A stretch of DNA of 64,000 bases, taken from an uncultured Chlamydiae bacterium (GTDB lineage Bacteria; Chlamydiota; Chlamydiia; Chlamydiales; Parachlamydiaceae). The stretch is from assembly GCA_963754655.1 (NCBI GenBank), contig CAVWGN010000001.1, positions 2,019,565 through 2,083,564 of the forward strand, read 5' to 3'. Made by a program: the position numbers and the translations under genes. Within the stretch, counting starts at the first letter, position 1. Each line of letters starts with the position of its first letter. Positions 57,993 through 64,000 of this stretch are shown here, piece after piece. The notes under the pieces are model-generated. The model was not told the DNA's origin. It worked only from the letters and a program-made list of their open reading frames with translations, and searched no databases.

Positions 57993-58333
57993 GATATTCT
58001 GCTCCTAAAATGTATTGAAAAAGGGTTTTATTTATTTTATTCGCTTTTGAATTGACGACATATCAATAAGATATTTTTTTAATATCTTTTAATTTTTGAA
58101 AATCAATTAATCTTAAACCTTAGTTTATATAAATTGAGTCGATTTTTGCAATATTTAATTAAAAGATTCAACCAAAAAAATTTTATAAAATTCAAATTTT
58201 AAAGAAATTTTATTCAAGTATGAATAATTTTTAATAACTTTTAAAAAAATGGAGACTTGAAATAAACATTTCATTGATATAGATAATGGCAAAGCAAAAG
58301 ACCTGAGTCCTCTTAGACACTAGCCTTTGCCTA

Positions 58334-58901
58334 CTAGTACTCAACCACACTAGTTTTGTGTATTTAGATTGCTTCAAAGCCCCGGGGTTGAATTGACGTA
58401 AGTGGGTCCATATTGCTAATATTGACCCACTTACGTCAATTCAACCCCGGGGTTAGGGTGTTCATTTTGTGCAAAAAATGAGCTTTATTTTTCACAATAA
58501 TTGGCATAGTTAAATTGAAAGTCGCATGTTTATGCCGTCCTTTCAGGACTCGATGTCTTTTTGATAGAACCCAGGCCTCCGCTTCGCTGCGACCTGGGCT
58601 GTAACATGACGGCCCTTCAGGCCTTAACAAAAAGATGATTTAGGGACTATAGAAGAGGGACTTAAACATCTCTTGTTAAGGCCTGAAGGGCCGTCATGTT
58701 ACAGCCCAGGTCGCAGCGAAGCGGAGGCCTGGGTTCTATCAAAAAGACATCGAGTCCTGAAGGACGGCATAAACATGCGACTTTCAATTTAACTATGCCA
58801 ATTATTGTGAAAAATAAAGCTCATTTTTTGCACAAAATGAACACCCTACCCGGGCTTTGAAGCAGTCTAAATACATAAAAACTAGTGTGGTTGAGTACTA
58901 G
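58334..58901. repeat. Large modular palindrome, copy 4 (with a nested 57-bp mini-palindrome in the left arm)
   Basis: Termini ctagtactcaaccacactagttttgtgtatttaga... and ...tctaaatacataaaaactagtgtggttgagtactag. Same core and spacer as copy 2. Lies between two LRR paralogues. Confidence 0.95.
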
Positions 58902-59083
58902 AATGGTTTTAAAATCCCTATGCGTTAATTTAAAACCATCCTAATAGGCAAAAGCTAATGTAATCGAGTACACTAATCCTAGCATTTTGTAAACAGGCTC
59001 CCCGAGCACACGATGTAAAAACTCGGTTTAAGGAAAGAAAAGGCTTTGAGTCAATCTCATTCATTCCAATAATAAATTTTCCT

Positions 59084-60472
59084 TTAGCCGTTGTTAAAAT
59101 TTAGATAAGGTTTGTAAGCAATGGTTAGACTATTTAACCAGCTATTTATGTGATTTTTGATAAGATAATCTATACCACTTGTGTCAATTTTCTGACATTG
59201 TTTAACCAGCAACTCCTGTAGATTTGGCATCTTTTCAAGATATTGAATTCCTTGATTGTCAATATTAGGAAGAGAACTTAGAGCTAATTCCCTAAGAGTA
59301 GGATGCCGAGCAATAATCTGCAAGGCTGTGTTATTTATCCTTTCTAATTCGTCTAGCTCTAACCTTTTTAAATTTAAATTGACCAAAACATTCTCGAGAT
59401 CTACATTCGTTATTAATGGGCAATAACTGAGGCGTAAAGATATTAATTTCAGATGGCTCATTTTTTTAAAAAACTCTCCAGTTATTCGGCTTCGGGAAAT
59501 CGCAAGGTGCCGTAGCTTTAGTTGATTTAAAGTAGAAGCACATTCATCGCCTATGACACCACCAAGATGTATGGAAGTTAAATTAGTCAAAGTCCTCAAT
59601 CTTGCCACCTCTTGAACAGGAATATTTCGACCAAAAAGACCTAGGTGTTGTAATCCGGTCAACTGAGCAATAGGCTGAAAGCTGCCTAGTGTTGGCGTTG
59701 TACAATTACCCAAGATGAGCTCCTGCAGTCCAGTTTGTCTGGACAAGTAAGCAAAATCACTATTCGGAATTAGCCCACCTACCGTCCAAAGTCCTAGCCG
59801 TATTAGAGAAGTCGTAGCTACAGAAGATATCAACTGGTTGTTTTCTTCCATAGGGGTGCCCCGTATACGTAGAGTTTGTAACTTGGTAAGTGACTGGAGC
59901 ACGGGCCTTAAGGCCGAGGCGTCTACGTTGCAGTAAGTTATCTCGAAGTGCTCAAGCTTTTGCAAAGCGGTAAAGCGTAAGAAGCCTTCAGAACTCAAGT
60001 TTGTAAATCTTCCGTTCAAGAGCAGCTTATTGAGATTGGGTAACTGAATCAGTGAGCTCAGAGTTTCGTCATTAAATGAATAGCTACACTGGTCATTATT
60101 AGAGAGGTTAATTTCCAAAACTCTCAGGTCTTTGCAAGAGTGCTTAGACATCTCATTAAGCATAGCTTGTAGATAAAATGCTTCTCTTGATTTCTTGATG
60201 ATAATTTTATCAGCATATGTAAAAACTAGAGAATACAACTTTTTACTAGAACATAAAAGCCCCTGCAACTGAACAAGGTCTGTTTGCTGGATGATAGTCA
60301 TCAAGACATCGGTGGGTAAACTAGTAAAAGGTCCTTCCTCTTGAATGCCTCTGATTTGATTAGCCTCAAAGCTAAGACTTTCTCTTCTTCTCTTTATGCC
60401 TCCTGATGGTCTCTCTTCTAGTGGATCACCATAAGGCATCATTGGTTGCATTGAACTGACGGCGGTATTCAT
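59084..60472 (-). CDS. F-box-like + LRR protein, paralogue 5
   Basis: 462 aa, same architecture as the family. Confidence 0.85.
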   Translation of the reverse strand: MNTAVSSMQPMMPYGDPLEERPSGGIKRRRESLSFEANQIRGIQEEGPFTSLPTDVLMTIIQQTDLVQLQGLLCSSKKLYSLVFTYADKIIIKKSREAFYLQAMLNEMSKHSCKDLRVLEINLSNNDQCSYSFNDETLSSLIQLPNLNKLLLNGRFTNLSSEGFLRFTALQKLEHFEITYCNVDASALRPVLQSLTKLQTLRIRGTPMEENNQLISSVATTSLIRLGLWTVGGLIPNSDFAYLSRQTGLQELILGNCTTPTLGSFQPIAQLTGLQHLGLFGRNIPVQEVARLRTLTNLTSIHLGGVIGDECASTLNQLKLRHLAISRSRITGEFFKKMSHLKLISLRLSYCPLITNVDLENVLVNLNLKRLELDELERINNTALQIIARHPTLRELALSSLPNIDNQGIQYLEKMPNLQELLVKQCQKIDTSGIDYLIKNHINSWLNSLTIAYKPYLNFNNG

Positions 60473-61031
60473 GATAGTCTGCTCCTAAAAATGTAGGGAA
60501 AGGGTTTTATTCATTTTATTCTTTTTGAATTGACGACATATCAACAATAAAAATTATGTTAATATTTTTTTAATTTTTGAAAGTCAATTAGTTTTAAACC
60601 TTATATAATATGATTCGATTTTTTTTGCAATATTTAATTAAATATTCACTAAAAAAGTTTATAAAATGCAAATTTTATTAAAAACATTTAAATAAATTTT
60701 ATTCGAGCATGAATAATTTTTAATAATTTTCAAAAAAATGAGGGCTGAAATAAAGATTTCATAGATACAGATAATGGCAAAGCAAAAAACCTAAGTCCTC
60801 TTTGACACTAACTTTTGCCTATTAGAACAGGTTTAAAATCCCTATGCGTTAAGTTAAAACCATCCTAATAGGCAAAAGCTAAAGTAATTGAGTAATCATG
60901 TTAGTATTTTGCAAACATGCTCCTATCCAAACACACGGGCGTAAAAACTTGGTTTAAGGAAGGGAAATGAAAGAGCTTTTAGTCAATTTCATTCATGCAA
61001 TAATAAATTCTCCTTTATTCCTTATTAAAGT

Positions 61032-62411
61032 TTAGATAGGTCTGTAATAAATCTGTAAACTATTTAACCAGCTATTTATGTGATTTTTGATAAGGTAATC
61101 TATACCAATTGCGTCGATTTTCTGACATTTTTTAACCAACAACCCCTGTAGATTTTGCATCTTTTCAAGATATTGAATGCCTTGATTGTCAATATTAGGA
61201 AGAGAACTTAGAGCTAATTCGCTAAGAGTAGGATGTTGAGCAATAATCTGCAAGGCTGTATTATTTAGCCTTTCTACTTTGTCTAGATCTAACCTTTCTA
61301 AATTTAAATTGACCAAAATGTTCCTGAGATCTACATCGGTTATTAACGGGCAATTAGTGAGGCGTAAAGATGTTAATTTCAGATGGCTCATTTTTTTTAA
61401 AAACTCTCCAGTTATTCGGTCTCGAGGCGTGGAGGCAATCGCAAGGTGCCGCAGCTTTGGTTGAGTTAAAGTAGAGGCACATTCATCGTCTATGCAACCA
61501 CTAAGATGTAAGGAAGTTAAATTAGTCAAAGTCTTCAATCTGGCCACCTCTTGAACAGGGATACTTTGACTAAAAATACCCAGGTGTTGTAATCCAGTCA
61601 ATTGAGCAATAGGCTGAAAGCTATCTAGTGTTGGCGTTGTACAATTACCTAAGATGAGCTCCTGCAGTCCAGTTTGTTTGGATAGGTAAGCAAAATCAGT
61701 AGTCGGAATTGGCCTATCCGCTGTCCAAAGTCCTAGCCGTTTTAGAGAGGTTGTAGCCACAGAAGATATCAACTGGTCGTTTTCTCCCATATTGATGCCC
61801 CGTATGCGTAAAGTTTGCAACTTGGTAAGGGACTGGAGCACGGGTTTTAAGGCCGAGCCATCTACGTTGCAGTAAGCTATCTCAAAGTGCTCAAGCTTTT
61901 GCAAGGCAGTAAAGCGTAAGAAGCTGTCAGAACTCAAATTTGTCACTTGTTCACCCAATAAAAGCGTGTTGAGATTGGGTAACTGAATCAGTGAGCTCAG
62001 AGTTTCGTCATTAAATAAATTGCGAGACTGGTCACCATTAGGGGGTTTAATCTCTACAACTCTCAGGTCTTTGCAAGAGTGCTTAGACATCTCATTAAGC
62101 ATAGCTTGTAGATAAAACATCTCCCTTGATTTCTTGATGATAATTTTATCAATATATGTAAAAACTAAAGAATACAACTTTTTGCTGGAACATAAAAGGC
62201 CCTGCAACTGAACAAGGTCTGTTTGCTGGATGATAGTCATCAAGATATCGGTCGGTAAACTAATAAAGAGTCCTTCTTCTTGAAGGTCTGTTATTTGATT
62301 AGCCTCAGAGCTAATACTTTCTCTCCTTCTTTTTATGCCTCCTGATGATCTCTCTTCTAGAGAATTACTGTAAGTTATCATTGGTTGAATTGAGCTGATG
62401 GATGTATTCAT
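61032..62411 (-). CDS. F-box-like + LRR protein, paralogue 6
   Basis: 459 aa, same architecture as the family. Confidence 0.85.
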   Translation of the reverse strand: MNTSISSIQPMITYSNSLEERSSGGIKRRRESISSEANQITDLQEEGLFISLPTDILMTIIQQTDLVQLQGLLCSSKKLYSLVFTYIDKIIIKKSREMFYLQAMLNEMSKHSCKDLRVVEIKPPNGDQSRNLFNDETLSSLIQLPNLNTLLLGEQVTNLSSDSFLRFTALQKLEHFEIAYCNVDGSALKPVLQSLTKLQTLRIRGINMGENDQLISSVATTSLKRLGLWTADRPIPTTDFAYLSKQTGLQELILGNCTTPTLDSFQPIAQLTGLQHLGIFSQSIPVQEVARLKTLTNLTSLHLSGCIDDECASTLTQPKLRHLAIASTPRDRITGEFLKKMSHLKLTSLRLTNCPLITDVDLRNILVNLNLERLDLDKVERLNNTALQIIAQHPTLSELALSSLPNIDNQGIQYLEKMQNLQGLLVKKCQKIDAIGIDYLIKNHINSWLNSLQIYYRPI

Positions 62412-62861
62412 GATAGTCTGCTCCTAAAAATGTAGGAAAGGGTTTTATTTATTTTCTTGGCTTTTGAATTGACGACATATCAATAAGAAAAATTTTGTTA
62501 ATATTTTTAAATTTTAAAATCAATTAATTCCAAAAATTAATTTATATAAGTTTAGTCGATTTTTTGCAATATTTAATTAATTAAAAGATTCAAACAGCAA
62601 AAAAACTTATAAATTCAAGTTTTCTTAAAATTATTTAAATAAATTTTATTGAACTATAAATGATTTTTAGGAATTTTTTACACAAAAATGAAGGCTGAAA
62701 TAAAGATTTTATAAATACAGATAATCTTAAAATAAAGAACCTAATTAGTTTTGCCACTTTGCACAGGCCGTAAAAACTTAGTTTAAGGAAGGGAAATAAA
62801 AGAACTTTGAGTCAATCTCATTCATTGCAATAATAAATTTTTCTTTATTCCTTATTAAACT

Positions 62862-64000
62862 TTAGATAGGTCTGTAATAAATTTTTAAACTATTTAACCA
62901 GCTATTTATGTGATTTTTGATAAGGTAATCTATACCAATTGCGTCGATTTTCTGACATTGTTTAACCAGCAACCCCTTTAGATTTAGCATCTTTTCAAGA
63001 TATTGAATTCCTTGATTGTCAATATTAGGAAGAGAAATTAGAGCTAATTCGCTAAGAGTAGGATGCTGAGCAATAATCTGCAAGGCTGTGTTATTTAGCC
63101 CTTCTAATCTGTCTAGATCTAACCTTTCTAAATTTAAATTGACCAAAATGTTCCTGAGATCTACATCCGTTATTAACGGGCAATTAGTGAGGCGTAAAGA
63201 TGTTAATTTCAGATGGCTCATTTTTTTTAAAAACTCTCCAGTTATTCGGCCTCGGGGCGTGGAGATAATCACAAGGTGCCGCAGCTTTGGTTGAGTTAAA
63301 GTAGAGGCACATTCATCGTCTAGGCAACCACCGAGATGTAAGGAAGTTAAATTAGTCAAAGTCTTCAATCTTGCCACCTCTTGAACAGGAATATTTCGAC
63401 TAAAAAGGCCCAGGTGTTGTAATCCAGTCAACTGAGCAATAGGCTGAAAGCTGTCTAGTGTTGGCGTTGTACAATTACCTAAGATGAGCTCCTGCAGTCC
63501 AGTTTGTCTGATTAGGTAAGCAAAATCACTAGTCGGAATTGGCCTATCCGCTGTCCAAAGTCCTAGCCGTTTTAGAGAGGTTGTAGCCACAGAAGATATC
63601 AACTGGTCGTTTTCTCCCATATTGATGCCCCGTATGCGTAAAGTTTGCAACTTGGTAAGGGACTGGAGCACGGGTTTTAAGGCCAAGCCACCTACCTTGC
63701 AGTAATCTATCTCGAAGTGCTCAAGCTTTTGCAAGGCAGTAAAGCGTAAGAAGCTCTCAGAACTTAAGTTTGTCACTTGTGCACCCAAGAATAGCGTGTT
63801 GAGATTGGGTAACTGAATCAGTGAGTTCAGAGTTTTGTCATTAAATAAATTGCGAGACTGGTCACCATTAGGGGGTTTAATCTCTACAACTCTTAGGTCT
63901 TTGCAAGAGTGCTTAGACATCTCATTAAGCATAGCTTGTAGATAAAACATCTCCCTTGATTTCTTGATGATAATTTTATCAGTATATGTAAAAACTAAAG
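62862..64000 (-). CDS. F-box-like + LRR protein, paralogue 7 (5' end beyond the window)
   Basis: Homology to the siblings continues upstream of the ORF-track Met (63951-64000 encodes ...TYTDKIIIKKSRE). The gene is therefore cut by the window edge. Confidence 0.8.
   Translation of the reverse strand, partial: LVFTYTDKIIIKKSREMFYLQAMLNEMSKHSCKDLRVVEIKPPNGDQSRNLFNDKTLNSLIQLPNLNTLFLGAQVTNLSSESFLRFTALQKLEHFEIDYCKVGGLALKPVLQSLTKLQTLRIRGINMGENDQLISSVATTSLKRLGLWTADRPIPTSDFAYLIRQTGLQELILGNCTTPTLDSFQPIAQLTGLQHLGLFSRNIPVQEVARLKTLTNLTSLHLGGCLDDECASTLTQPKLRHLVIISTPRGRITGEFLKKMSHLKLTSLRLTNCPLITDVDLRNILVNLNLERLDLDRLEGLNNTALQIIAQHPTLSELALISLPNIDNQGIQYLEKMLNLKGLLVKQCQKIDAIGIDYLIKNHINSWLNSLKIYYRPI

Overview
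AT-rich bacterial chromosome segment. The conserved backbone and gene order are sctU-sctV-copN-like-chaperone-malQ, yicC-gmk-rpoZ-x-metG, long-form ispG, clpB, sthA, rpmB and ychF. This points to an amoeba-associated member of the Chlamydiae (Parachlamydiaceae/Protochlamydia-like). That placement is an inference from remembered chlamydial synteny, not a database hit.

Roughly a third of the window is accessory:
(i) 6.5-18.1 kb: a tandem array of five intact and two decayed genes. Each encodes an N-terminal F-box followed by 6-17 copies of an exact 25-aa/75-nt repeat (DUF4116-like). The array grew by segmental duplications that each carried along a fragment of the neighbouring ychF gene. One such scar holds an intact IS5-family IS.
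(ii) 18.4-20.3 kb: an overlapping HD-Pnk (HD phosphoesterase + P-loop polynucleotide kinase) / ATP-dependent ligase pair, i.e. an RNA end-healing/sealing cassette.
(iii) 51.5-64 kb: seven tandem paralogues with an F-box-like motif plus cysteine-containing LRRs; the last runs off the window. The array includes a 2 x 1.71-kb almost identical duplication that created a chimeric gene.
(iv) Also present: a BTB-like/LRR protein, a stand-alone F-box-like protein, a frameshifted MORN protein and membrane-anchored candidate effectors.

Superimposed is a family of large (0.5-0.8 kb), modular, nearly perfect palindromes at four intergenic loci. They show a nested insertion with an 8-bp duplication and an internal 157-bp triplication, and one terminus supplies the metG stop codon.

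No rRNA, tRNA or CRISPR array was recognised. Repeat boundaries were read by eye and may be off by a few nt.
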